A DNA stretch of 64,000 nucleotides. Source: a virus. Taxonomy: Duplodnaviria > Caudoviricetes. Below, in pieces: positions 1-9,190 of the stretch. Position numbers and translations under genes: made by a program. Position 1 is the stretch's first letter. Every line of letters begins with the position of its first letter. The stretch covers positions 1 to 64,000 of the IMG/VR virus record IMGVR_UViG_3300028833_000074; one strand, 5' to 3'. Under the pieces are notes generated by a model. It had not been told where the DNA came from, made no database searches, and saw only the letters and a program-made list of their open reading frames with translations.

Positions 1-2
1 TT

Positions 3-1373
3 CATGCTGCAATAGAAGCCATCCATCGTGCATTATTCTTTAAATATCAAAAAGTGTTTGTATTATCACCAACCGATAATCAAGCAAAAGAACTTGCAGA
101 AACCATTTCCGGTATGATAGAACGTTCAGCACTTATCGAACAAGAAATCAAAGTCGATAACAGACTGGAAAAAAAATTCTACAATGGCTCTCGTATTGTA
201 ATTCGTACCGCTGGTGGACGTGGAAATGTATCATCCATTATCGGTTCCGGTACTCATTTACTAATTTTAGACGAAATTCAAGATATACCAGAAGAACTAA
301 TTTATAAAGTTATCCCAGTTATGCGTGGTCAAAAAGGATTCTCAAAAATGATAATGGCCGGCACCCCAAGGGATAGAAGTGGTTTCTTATATGAATCCCT
401 TGAAAATGCACCTTACATTTGGGATAATGGGGAAGAAAAATATTTAGAAGGTAAAACTGGTACTTTTCACGTATATCGTAAGCAAACAGCATATCTTGAT
501 GATGATGATAATATCATCAAATCTGGCACACCACGTATTACTATTGAGGAATTAAAAGAGGATATGGAGAATATGCCACTTGTACAATTTAAGCAAGAAT
601 ATTGTCTTGATTTTATGTCAAGTGTATCCGATGTATATTCTGAAGATTTAAGAGATGCAATTTTTTATCATCCAGAGCAAAATGTTGATTGGGGTACACG
701 TAAGCCAGTTGTTTATGGATTAGATATCGGTAAAATGAGAAATGAAACTGTCTTAACAATAGGCGAAGTCATACCAGCGCCTAAACCAGAAAATCGTTCC
801 TATAAAAAAATTGATGTAAAATGGTACAAGCAATGGCCTTTAGGAACCGAATACGAAGAAATTGAAGACTACGTTGCTTATGAATTGCCTACTTACTTTC
901 CTCATATCGTGCGTGGCGTCATAGATGCAACCGGCGTTGGAGAAGCAGTTTACGAAGCAATTGAACATCGTATACACAAAAGTGGCCATACATATCCTAC
1001 AGAGCCTTATAAATTTTCCAAAGAAAAAAAGAAGGATATTGTTGAAGGTGGTGTGGCGTCATTAGAAAGGGGTCAAGTAAAAATAGCATATAATAAACGT
1101 TTAGATGTAGAGATGGGCGGATATAAACGTGAAATCACCGACAACAATAATTTAGTATACAAGAAAACATCCGGTAGTGATGATTACGTAGACTCATTAA
1201 ATTTATTGCTTTATAATATCACACTTGGAATTCAAGTTTCACCCCCAGTTGCATTAACTGGAGTATCAAAAACTCTTTCACAAAAAATAGGAGAGAATCA
1301 ATCATGGCAAAAAACATCAAAGCCAAAACCAAAGAAAAAGAAAATAATCAACAGTATGAGAAGAAGACTTTAA
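3..1373 (+). CDS. terL: Terminase large subunit (5'-truncated by the window edge)
   Basis: The frame is open from position 3 (HAAIEAIHRALFFKYQKVFVLSPT...). It has a Walker B motif (LLILDE), a coupling motif (MAGTP) and RNase H-like nuclease motifs (YGLDIG, IDATGVG, DDYVDS), and lies directly upstream of the portal. Confidence 0.95.
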   Translation, partial: HAAIEAIHRALFFKYQKVFVLSPTDNQAKELAETISGMIERSALIEQEIKVDNRLEKKFYNGSRIVIRTAGGRGNVSSIIGSGTHLLILDEIQDIPEELIYKVIPVMRGQKGFSKMIMAGTPRDRSGFLYESLENAPYIWDNGEEKYLEGKTGTFHVYRKQTAYLDDDDNIIKSGTPRITIEELKEDMENMPLVQFKQEYCLDFMSSVSDVYSEDLRDAIFYHPEQNVDWGTRKPVVYGLDIGKMRNETVLTIGEVIPAPKPENRSYKKIDVKWYKQWPLGTEYEEIEDYVAYELPTYFPHIVRGVIDATGVGEAVYEAIEHRIHKSGHTYPTEPYKFSKEKKKDIVEGGVASLERGQVKIAYNKRLDVEMGGYKREITDNNNLVYKKTSGSDDYVDSLNLLLYNITLGIQVSPPVALTGVSKTLSQKIGENQSWQKTSKPKPKKKKIINSMRRRL

Positions 1374-2704
1374 CGTCCAAAGATATTACCAAACATCCAC
1401 AACCAGCATTAAACAAGGTATATCAATTTGCAGCAGATGTTAAAAAACATAAGGAAACACAATATACCCAAAACTTTTCTTCATATAATGATATTTATGG
1501 AGCAGAAGACCTTGATTATGATTTGATTGATGGATTATATCATTCCACTATTCTTAATCGTGTGATTAAAAAAATATCTTCAGACGCTGTACCAGAAATG
1601 TTTAAATTACAAGTTATTGATTTTGAAGGTAACCACGTTGAAGATATAGAAGAAGCATGTTTTGTTTACACAGCAAATTTAAAAAGAAAACATATCAAAG
1701 CATTCTTTAACAACACATTAAGATATGGAACCGGTTTTCTTTACATTGGTAATAAAGAGGAAGACCAATTAGTGAATATATTTTTATTGCATCCAAAAGA
1801 TTTAAAACCAGTTATGGATGAAAAAGCCGGTGAAATAAAAGAATGGACGTATACAACAACTGATGGTGAAATTACCATTCCAGATGAAGATTTAGTAAGA
1901 TTTGCATATGACTCTGATATCGGTGAAGTTTATGGAATGAGTTTTTGTGGAAAACTTGTACATACATTACATTTATTATTAAATACCGAATTGGATTTAG
2001 CCGAAATTGTTGATAAATTTGCCATCCCTATTTTACAATGGTTGATTGAAATCGGTGATGACGAAGAGTTACAAGAGGATGAGTTAGAAGGTATTGTAAA
2101 ATCCTTACAAACTCAATTAGAATATTCTAATGATGTTGTCACAACTGATAGAATCACAACCGATACTATAGGTTTTAATGAACATCAATATGATATGGTT
2201 ACTACGCTCCAAGCCCTTAAAGAATCTTTTGGTTTATTAACTTTCCCAATGAGTATTATCGGTGGTAAGGCTGATAATTTATCAGCAATTAAAGTGCAAG
2301 CAGCACAATATACAAACGATTTACAAGACTTGCAGATGGATTTATCTGACGAATTAGTAGAACAATTATATGAACCTTTCATTCAAAACGTGCTTGGTAA
2401 ACAACCCGGCATCGACTACGCAAACATATACCTTGTATTCCCAGTACTCACAACAGAATCCAACGCCGATACTGCTACTTGGTTGTTTCCTTCCTTGCGT
2501 ATGGGCTTAATTAATCGTGACGAAGCCAGAGCGCAACTCAAATTCAGAGGAAAAGCAATGAAACTTGAAGATATAGAATTCATCGACCCAACAGCAACAT
2601 ATCTCCAAGAAATGATAATCGAACAAGGCCAAAAAGCCGCAGAACCAACATCTACCGAACCACACGACAGAAGTGGAAGAGGAGACCCAGAAACGAAAAA
2701 ATAA
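1304..2704 (+). CDS. Portal protein
   Basis: 466 aa, follows terL. Portal-type motifs 'RYGTGFLY', 'LLHPKDL', 'YGMS', and C-terminal 'GLINRDEARAQL'. RBS GGAGA precedes the ATG. Confidence 0.85.
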   Translation: MAKNIKAKTKEKENNQQYEKKTLTSKDITKHPQPALNKVYQFAADVKKHKETQYTQNFSSYNDIYGAEDLDYDLIDGLYHSTILNRVIKKISSDAVPEMFKLQVIDFEGNHVEDIEEACFVYTANLKRKHIKAFFNNTLRYGTGFLYIGNKEEDQLVNIFLLHPKDLKPVMDEKAGEIKEWTYTTTDGEITIPDEDLVRFAYDSDIGEVYGMSFCGKLVHTLHLLLNTELDLAEIVDKFAIPILQWLIEIGDDEELQEDELEGIVKSLQTQLEYSNDVVTTDRITTDTIGFNEHQYDMVTTLQALKESFGLLTFPMSIIGGKADNLSAIKVQAAQYTNDLQDLQMDLSDELVEQLYEPFIQNVLGKQPGIDYANIYLVFPVLTTESNADTATWLFPSLRMGLINRDEARAQLKFRGKAMKLEDIEFIDPTATYLQEMIIEQGQKAAEPTSTEPHDRSGRGDPETKK

Positions 2705-2732
2705 TCCCATAAAAATATTTTTAGAGGATATA

Positions 2733-2969
2733 ATGAACAAACCGGGCATAATTAGTTACAAACAAGCATACAAAACATGCGAGCAAGGACTCAAGCAAAA
2801 AGGCGAAGCAACATCTGCACAATTGCTTTCTTGGTTAATTACCAACTACAACATACACTCCCTTAATATCACAACAAAAGGCATCACTTACCACTTGAAG
2901 AAAGAAGGCTACGAACGATACAGAAAATACGAGACAAAACCATACATCTTCATCTACAACAAAGAATAG
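2733..2969 (+). CDS. Small basic protein, possible winged-helix DNA-binding protein
   Basis: GAGGA RBS precedes ATG 2733. 78 aa, Lys/Tyr-rich, helix-helix-helix-hairpin-like pattern (ATSAQLLSWL...ITTKGITYHLKKEGYERYRKYETKPYIF). Confidence 0.5.
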   Translation: MNKPGIISYKQAYKTCEQGLKQKGEATSAQLLSWLITNYNIHSLNITTKGITYHLKKEGYERYRKYETKPYIFIYNKE

Positions 2970-2990
2970 TTTTAGAAAAAAAAATTTATC

Positions 2991-3005
2991 TTTAAATAGA
3001 TTAGA
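2991..3005 (+). promoter_or_regulatory. Archaeal-type late promoter, copy 1 (TTTAAATAGATTAGA)
   Basis: TATA box TTTAAATA followed by TTAGA. The same motif occurs at 11748, 28926 and 54089, each in an intergenic gap before an operon. Confidence 0.7.
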
Positions 3006-3062
3006 CATTATATTTCTTTACAACTCACGATTGTGAGCTAAATTTTGGAGAAAGTGATTTCA

Positions 3063-4142
3063 ATGAAGCAAACTTTTTCATTAAATTCAAACTTCTCTTT
3101 GAAACATAATGATGATGGAAGTACCCAATTAGAAGGGTTCGCAATTCATGGTGCTGATGATTTTATTGTAAATGGCTTCTACGAAGTGCCAGCATCAGAA
3201 ATGCAAAACTGCGCAAACTCATTAAAAGGCGCAAAGTTAATGAAAGACCATGATTGGAACCACGTCGACTCCATCATTGGAAGAGTCAATGATACCCAAG
3301 AATCTTTCGACGAAAAAGCACAAATGCAAGGTGTCAAATATGTGGCATCTTTAGTAGTTGACGATTCTAAATTAGGGGAAAAAATTGACAAAGGATTAAT
3401 CGATGCTACTTCTATAGGTTTTACATTTGAGCCAGAATGTAGTATTTGCCACAAACCATTTTTCAGCGAAGAATGTACACATCACCCACTTTTTGATGAT
3501 ATGCATTTTATTTGCAGAGATATGGAATGTAGAGAATTATCCTTGGTGACTTTTGGCGCAGACCCACATGCAAGTGTGAATGGTTCTTTTAGTGCCGAGA
3601 GTTTAGAAAAATTGAAAGAGAATTTTGCAAAACAGAAGGAAGAATTCATTATGACAAAGCAAGATACTATTGTTGAAGACCTCCAAACTGAAAATGCTGA
3701 ATTATCTCAAGAAATTAGAGATTTAGAAGCAAAATTAGAGCAAAAAGAAAAAGATTTCAAATCTGAAATTGAATCTTTAAAACTTGCTCATACTGAAGAG
3801 GTTTTAACTTTAAACAGAGAAAAAGACGCTCTTGATGAACAAATCGCTACTATGGGTGAAGAGTTATCCACTTATAGAGCAGAAGCAGAAGCAAGAGCAG
3901 AAAAAGAATTATCTGCTAAAAGAGAAAAATTAGTAGAATTAGCAACCGAATTAAAAACAGAAGTAGAAGGCATTGAAGAAATGTCCGAAGAATCTATTGA
4001 CGCTTGGATTGCAAGTTTTACTAAAATTATTGACAATACCCCAGTTGTACCTAAATTTACTGGTGCAGAACAACCACATGTTGTAGAAGATGAAAACAGA
4101 GAAGCATTTTCCGGTATTGGCAAATTCTTCGGCAGAGCATAA
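3063..4142 (+). CDS. Prohead (maturation) protease fused to a coiled-coil scaffold domain
   Basis: HK97-type protease motifs 'LMKDHD', 'IIGRV', 'ATSIGF', 'ELSLVTFGADPHA', with a CxxC...C-x-H insert. Acidic coiled-coil C-terminal half. Start moved to ATG 3063 after the GTGAT RBS. Confidence 0.88.
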   Translation: MKQTFSLNSNFSLKHNDDGSTQLEGFAIHGADDFIVNGFYEVPASEMQNCANSLKGAKLMKDHDWNHVDSIIGRVNDTQESFDEKAQMQGVKYVASLVVDDSKLGEKIDKGLIDATSIGFTFEPECSICHKPFFSEECTHHPLFDDMHFICRDMECRELSLVTFGADPHASVNGSFSAESLEKLKENFAKQKEEFIMTKQDTIVEDLQTENAELSQEIRDLEAKLEQKEKDFKSEIESLKLAHTEEVLTLNREKDALDEQIATMGEELSTYRAEAEARAEKELSAKREKLVELATELKTEVEGIEEMSEESIDAWIASFTKIIDNTPVVPKFTGAEQPHVVEDENREAFSGIGKFFGRA

Positions 4143-4156
4143 ATAGGTGATTTAAG

Positions 4157-4657
4157 ATGAGTGATATTACTGGTGACGCATTTACTATTCATGCAAAAGA
4201 AACCATCGTAAACGCTATTGAACACGTAGGTAAAACCAGTTCCCAAATGCAAGTAGGTAAGGCTATTGCATTAGATGGTGATGACGATGGAGCAAGATTG
4301 GCTATTGCAAGTGACGACCCATCCACTTTTATTGGAATCGTCAAAGCAGCATCCGGCGAATCCCAAGCAACATTTGCGGCTTCAAGAATGGTTAACGACG
4401 CAGTAACTGGTGCAAACCCAACTATGGCTCCTTACTATCAAGGTAATGTAACCATTCCAGAAGGTAAGGCTATGACTGTAGAAAGAAACTGTGTAACCTA
4501 TGTATTAATGAGCGAAGATGTTAAGGCTGGCGAACTTATCGCTTGTGACGCAGATGGTAAATTTAAACCAACATCTGACGCAAGCAAAGCAGTTGGTAGA
4601 GCATACTCTGCTAATGACGCTAACGATGTAGCAAGAGTCTACATCAGAGCAATATAA
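4157..4657 (+). CDS. Capsid decoration/cement protein (putative)
   Basis: 166 aa, Ala/Gly-rich beta protein between the scaffold and MCP. C-terminal 'VKAGELIACDADGKFKP...AVGRA' pattern resembles head decoration proteins. Confidence 0.65.
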   Translation: MSDITGDAFTIHAKETIVNAIEHVGKTSSQMQVGKAIALDGDDDGARLAIASDDPSTFIGIVKAASGESQATFAASRMVNDAVTGANPTMAPYYQGNVTIPEGKAMTVERNCVTYVLMSEDVKAGELIACDADGKFKPTSDASKAVGRAYSANDANDVARVYIRAI

Positions 4658-4670
4658 GGAGATAGATAAA

Positions 4671-5609
4671 ATGGCAAAGAGTTTAGCAAATTTCGCTGGT
4701 GGGGGCGCTGTTGTACACGATAACAGATTTGACCCAGAATTATCTGAAGACATTATCCAATACATCGAACAAGAATCCGACTTCAGACAATTTGTTGCAA
4801 AAGTTATTTCTACCGATACTTACGTAATTAATCTCCCAAGAAAATGGGCAGCCGGTATTGCAGTAGAAATCGTAGAAGGTTCCGAAATTCCTAAAGCAAG
4901 AGATGTATACGACGTCTTAACCATCAATTTAAGACAAATCGGTACTGGTATCAAAATGACCGATGAAGAACAAAAAATGATGGGCTTCGACAACAACTAC
5001 TTCTTAACTGAAGGAAGAAGAGCAACCGAAAGATTACTTAAAAAAGAAAACGACGACATTGCAGCAACTTTATTAACTGGTGCTGGATACAACATTATCA
5101 CTTCCACCAACACAACCTTAAAATTTGATGATATAGTAACTGCAAAAACTGAAATGCAAGAAAATCCATATGGAATTAACCCAGATGTTATTTTAATGTC
5201 TCCACGTTCTTACGCAGATTTATTAAGAGACCCAGACTTTAAAACTTATTCCAACTCCGGTATCGCTGGAGTAGTTACATCTGGAACTGTAGGAGAATAC
5301 GTTGATGGTATGAGAATTCTTATCATTCCAGAAGTTAAAGACGACATCTACTTAATTGATACATCTCAAGAACCACTTGTATTAATCCAAATGGATAGCG
5401 TACATACTGAATCTTACAGATTACATGAAACTCGTGAAGATGTATTAGACATTAATCTTTATGAAAAACCAGCAGTCTTAAGACCAGACGCAATTTGTAA
5501 AATAACCATTACAAGAAACGACACTCTCAAACAAAGAGAATTCCCAGAAGGCTGGGACCCATTCGATGGATATCCACAAAGGCCATCTCCCAGCGGGTCC
5601 GGAGGGTAA
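4671..5609 (+). CDS. Major capsid protein (HK97 fold)
   Basis: 312 aa in the expected position. E-loop 'EIVEGSEIP', backbone helix, 'PDVILMSPRSYADL', 'VDGMRILI', C-terminal 'VLRPDAICKI'. Confidence 0.88.
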   Translation: MAKSLANFAGGGAVVHDNRFDPELSEDIIQYIEQESDFRQFVAKVISTDTYVINLPRKWAAGIAVEIVEGSEIPKARDVYDVLTINLRQIGTGIKMTDEEQKMMGFDNNYFLTEGRRATERLLKKENDDIAATLLTGAGYNIITSTNTTLKFDDIVTAKTEMQENPYGINPDVILMSPRSYADLLRDPDFKTYSNSGIAGVVTSGTVGEYVDGMRILIIPEVKDDIYLIDTSQEPLVLIQMDSVHTESYRLHETREDVLDINLYEKPAVLRPDAICKITITRNDTLKQREFPEGWDPFDGYPQRPSPSGSGG

Positions 5610-5952
5610 CTCCGGTGGTCAACAAGGTCAAGGCGACCAACAAGGTCAAGGTGGCCAACAAGGTCAAAATGACCAACAAGCAACAACACATAATGTAACA
5701 TTTACTGTTACAAATGCTACTAACCAAAAATTATCTGGTGTAACTGTAACATTAACAGACATCAATGATAGTACCAATACTGCATCTGATATAACAGATA
5801 GCGATGGTAGTGTTAGTATCGCTGTTAAGGCCGGTACTTATTCTGTAACTGCAGAAAGAGATACATATACAGCCCCAGCAAGCATTGAAAATGTAACTGT
5901 AACTGATGCTGACGTTGATGTTGCTACTGCGATTGTAATGACAAAAGATTAA
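5605..5952 (+). CDS. Gly/Gln linker + Ig-like (carboxypeptidase-regulatory-like) domain; probable +1-recoded C-terminal extension of the MCP
   Basis: Lies in the +1 frame and overlaps the MCP stop (GGG TAA C -> GGT AAC). No convincing independent start. Ig-like pattern 'VTFTVTN...LSGVTVTL...TDSDGSVSIAVKAGTYSVTAERDTY'. Confidence 0.7.
   Translation, partial: GNSGGQQGQGDQQGQGGQQGQNDQQATTHNVTFTVTNATNQKLSGVTVTLTDINDSTNTASDITDSDGSVSIAVKAGTYSVTAERDTYTAPASIENVTVTDADVDVATAIVMTKD
5620..5679 (+). repeat. 18-bp tandem repeat (CAACAAGGTCAA core) encoding a QQGQG(D/G) linker
   Basis: Three units plus a partial fourth: caacaaggtcaaggcgac / caacaaggtcaaggtggc / caacaaggtcaaaatgac / caacaa. Confidence 0.85.
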
Positions 5953-5996
5953 TCAAATAATACTATATAAATAAAAAAAAAGCGAGGCAAGATAAA

Positions 5997-6368
5997 ATGG
6001 CAAAAAAACAACAAAAATTAATCCAAATCACTTATAATCCTCAATTTAGCGCAGCCGAATCAAAAACTGTATTATTAAGGGAACAACAACAAACTGTTGT
6101 CGGTAATGCTGTCAGAAGAGATTACGTTCCAGTAATTGAAGGCTTACCAACCGAATTCACCATTAAAAAAGGTGAAATAAAAGAAGTAACACTCGAACAA
6201 TTTAAAGCATTATATGAATTGGGGTTAATTGACACGCCAGAAGATATTGAGGAACGTCGTGCTGAAATCAACAAAGTTGAAAGTCAAGTCGGCGTTAACC
6301 CACGTGAATATAAAATGGCTGGACAATTAGCGCCATTATTTAATGAAAACTTTACATTGGTGGAATAA
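5997..6368 (+). CDS. Hypothetical virion/morphogenesis protein
   Basis: 123 aa with a GAGG RBS, between the capsid and adaptor genes. Confidence 0.6.
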   Translation: MAKKQQKLIQITYNPQFSAAESKTVLLREQQQTVVGNAVRRDYVPVIEGLPTEFTIKKGEIKEVTLEQFKALYELGLIDTPEDIEERRAEINKVESQVGVNPREYKMAGQLAPLFNENFTLVE

Positions 6369-6372
6369 ATAA

Positions 6373-7197
6373 ATGATAATTGATATCCCATACATAAAAC
6401 AAGCATTAGGCATAGAAATTGAAGACGAAAAAATTTCTTACCTCCTTGCTCACTTTTTTGATTACATATGTGAGCATATAAATATCGACACAACATTAGA
6501 ACAAGAAGAAATATCAATACAACCACTAAACACTCCGATATTAAATCCCACATTTCCAAACGATGACCTAACCTTGTTCCAAGAAACACTCATATTTGCA
6601 ATTGCTTGCAACCTATCTACCATGGGAATATCAATTAACAATATTTCACAAGAGATATACAACGAATACATTCCTTTTTTTGATACAAGCAAATTATCTT
6701 TAACAGAAGATAACACACAATATAAAATAACATATTGTGATATTTTTGATAACTGCCTACAAAGATTGACTGATTATTTAAGTACAAACTCCAATGTAGG
6801 ATATTTAAGAAGACTCTTGGATATCGACCCAGATGATGTTGGCGATAGCGAGATAGAATTTCTCATTGAACATTATACCAAATATCTTTCCGATGTTATT
6901 CCAAACGTAGATGTTAAATCACCGCTTTTTCAACAAGCAGTATTTTTATCAGTTGCATGTCACATATTCAAGGTAAACCCAACAGCCATCACTACACCTA
7001 TTATGTATTATGTAGATGAAGTGAGAGAAAGGTTTCAAATTGATTTTGACAAATTTGGTAATACATGGTGTGATTTAGCAGATGCAGCATTAAGTGATTT
7101 AAAAAAGAAAACATATGGATACTATGGTCTTCGTGCATACGATAGGCCGGGCGCCAGAACCAAATATGGAGTACATGGACCTTCAAGTAGGTTATAA
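6373..7197 (+). CDS. Head-tail adaptor-like protein with an internally duplicated domain
   Basis: Position after the MCP. Two similar helical halves (YIKQALGI..EDEKISYLLAHFFDYI / YLRRLLDI..GDSEIEFLIEHYTKYL; LFQETLIFAIACNL / LFQQAVFLSVACHI). Confidence 0.6.
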   Translation: MIIDIPYIKQALGIEIEDEKISYLLAHFFDYICEHINIDTTLEQEEISIQPLNTPILNPTFPNDDLTLFQETLIFAIACNLSTMGISINNISQEIYNEYIPFFDTSKLSLTEDNTQYKITYCDIFDNCLQRLTDYLSTNSNVGYLRRLLDIDPDDVGDSEIEFLIEHYTKYLSDVIPNVDVKSPLFQQAVFLSVACHIFKVNPTAITTPIMYYVDEVRERFQIDFDKFGNTWCDLADAALSDLKKKTYGYYGLRAYDRPGARTKYGVHGPSSRL

Positions 7198-7198
7198 A

Positions 7199-7639
7199 AT
7201 GAGTTTTAATAGAATTTGTCGGATTATCAAAAGACCAACAGAACATTATTACTTGCAAGAAAAAATTAAATATCAAAAACAAAAACCAGATATTTATAAA
7301 GACGAAGTGGGTAATATTATTCGTAAAGATGATGTTGGAAACATTTCTGAAACATGGCAAGACGTCATGGAGTTAGAAGGTGTTATACAACATAGACAAG
7401 GTCTTAAAGTTGATAATCAAGGTGAAGAATCTAAATTACGATACTATGGATACTTTAAACCAAATTTTAATCTTATCACAGATAAATTGACAAATTATCG
7501 AGTCAAATTTGTACGTGATTATGAAACTCTATATTTGAAAATTATCAAATATGACCCCAACAATTTTTTAAGACATAAACAACACCATATCGTGTTAATT
7601 ATGCAAGAAGATTTAAAATATGAAGGTAGACAAGAATGA
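7199..7639 (+). CDS. Head closure/stopper protein (putative)
   Basis: Synteny. 'DDVGNISETWQDVMELEGVIQ' resembles head-closure proteins. Start taken at ATG 7199, just after the upstream stop. Confidence 0.55.
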   Translation: MSFNRICRIIKRPTEHYYLQEKIKYQKQKPDIYKDEVGNIIRKDDVGNISETWQDVMELEGVIQHRQGLKVDNQGEESKLRYYGYFKPNFNLITDKLTNYRVKFVRDYETLYLKIIKYDPNNFLRHKQHHIVLIMQEDLKYEGRQE

Positions 7640-8184
7640 GCGTCATGTGTGATGTCATTATGGAAGGTGGCTCCATGCCACAAGACAGCATAAAAAAATT
7701 ATCACGTGCTGTCAACAGAGTGGCAAGTGGAAAAACACTCCAACAGCAACAACCAATCATATCAAGAAAATTCAAAAATATTATTGACAGAGAATCCAGT
7801 AAGGCTGGTATGGTAAATGATGTCAGTAAATATTTTTATGTCAATGTAAGAAATAATCAAGTGATTATCGGTAATACCGCCCCACTTTTGATTAATCGAT
7901 ATGAATATGGTTGGGAAGATGACATAAATCAAGAATACTATGAAAGTTGGGAAAATGATATAAGCGACGATGAATACTTGGCCGATTACCAGTCAATTAC
8001 GAGTCCACGTTATTATGTTCGTCCAGCAATTGAAGAAATTCATAAATTTTTAGTTACTCTCGTACGAGAACAAGTTTGGAGCGAATACGATAAAGAAGGT
8101 AGTTTGGTGCAACCATATTATGAATGGCATGCAGAATTATCAGAATATTCAAATTATTTAAATAAATATGATGGTGTATTATGA
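7636..8184 (+). CDS. Neck / tail-completion protein (putative)
   Basis: ATGA overlap with the upstream gene. 'RYEYG...PRYYVRPAIE' resembles HK97 gp10-type neck proteins. Confidence 0.55.
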   Translation: MSVMCDVIMEGGSMPQDSIKKLSRAVNRVASGKTLQQQQPIISRKFKNIIDRESSKAGMVNDVSKYFYVNVRNNQVIIGNTAPLLINRYEYGWEDDINQEYYESWENDISDDEYLADYQSITSPRYYVRPAIEEIHKFLVTLVREQVWSEYDKEGSLVQPYYEWHAELSEYSNYLNKYDGVL

Positions 8185-8972
8185 TTAAATCAAAAAATGA
8201 ATTAATTTATATTATACGTCAAGTAATTGGTGAAGAAGAATCTGATGGTTTTTACACGTCAATACATTATAATGGAGAAACCATAAAAGTGCCTAACTTC
8301 TTATTCAAAGATGCACCTTCACAATATCCAGAAATAAGAATATCACCTTTTTTAAAAGATGAACAAGTATCCAATTCTATACGCCTTCGTAGATATAATT
8401 ACGATAACAAACGTGAAGTTTATAATGCAAAATTTCAAGTTGATATATATGCAACCAATGTTGCACAAGTCAATCAAATTTATGATGCAGTAAAACGAAG
8501 AATTGATTTATTTTATGATATAGATACAGTTATCTATGGATATGATGGTAACTTTATCACAGTAAAACCAAATGTTTATCTTAACAAAAAAATTACATCT
8601 AAAAATTTTAAATTTAGTGATATTACAATTGGTTGTACAAGAATAAAACCAGTTCAAAATAAAGAAGATTTAAATAAAATAAATAATACTTATTTATTAA
8701 ATCATGAGGGTTTATATGTGCATACGCCATTATTGTTACGAGCAATAAGAATGCGTAGCATTATTAATGGATTATTATTGCCAGATGGTAACACGACTTA
8801 TTCACGTGGCGTTATTAAGATGCAAATCAATAAAAAACGTATGTTAAGTGAATTAGACGCAAACAATGTTGAAAGAATTTCTTTTGACTTGAATATTTTT
8901 TACAGCATGGATAATATAAGAAATGCTGGCCCAATCGCAACACATGTAGAAATAAGTGATTATTATGGCTAA
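8181..8972 (+). CDS. Tail terminator-like protein
   Basis: ATGA overlap. 'YPEIRI...FQVDIYATN...QIYDAVKRRI' is a tail-terminator pattern, and the gene precedes the sheath. Confidence 0.55.
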   Translation: MIKSKNELIYIIRQVIGEEESDGFYTSIHYNGETIKVPNFLFKDAPSQYPEIRISPFLKDEQVSNSIRLRRYNYDNKREVYNAKFQVDIYATNVAQVNQIYDAVKRRIDLFYDIDTVIYGYDGNFITVKPNVYLNKKITSKNFKFSDITIGCTRIKPVQNKEDLNKINNTYLLNHEGLYVHTPLLLRAIRMRSIINGLLLPDGNTTYSRGVIKMQINKKRMLSELDANNVERISFDLNIFYSMDNIRNAGPIATHVEISDYYG

Positions 8973-9189
8973 AGACAAAAAAGTAAACAAAATTAACAGC
9001 ATTAAAGCAAAAGCACCAACTGCTAAACCAGTTGAACAAAAGCTTTTCGCAAGAGATATTGCAGAAAATTTTGGTGTTTCAACTTTTGACTTTTTAATTA
9101 TTAAACGTCAAAATGACATTGATGATACAACTCCAATTTCTGCATCTGAATTTAAAAAAATGTATCAAAAAATGGTAGAAGGTAGATAG
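8965..9189 (+). CDS. Small hypothetical protein
   Basis: GTGAT RBS before ATG 8965. Fills the gap before the sheath gene. Confidence 0.6.
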   Translation: MAKDKKVNKINSIKAKAPTAKPVEQKLFARDIAENFGVSTFDFLIIKRQNDIDDTTPISASEFKKMYQKMVEGR

Positions 9190-9190
9190 A

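Noticed and set aside
5566-5604. ATG 5566 as an independent start of the Ig-domain ORF
   Set aside because: It lies inside the MCP with no RBS like those of neighbouring genes, and the product would begin with a bare linker. Recoding is the simpler explanation, though not proven.
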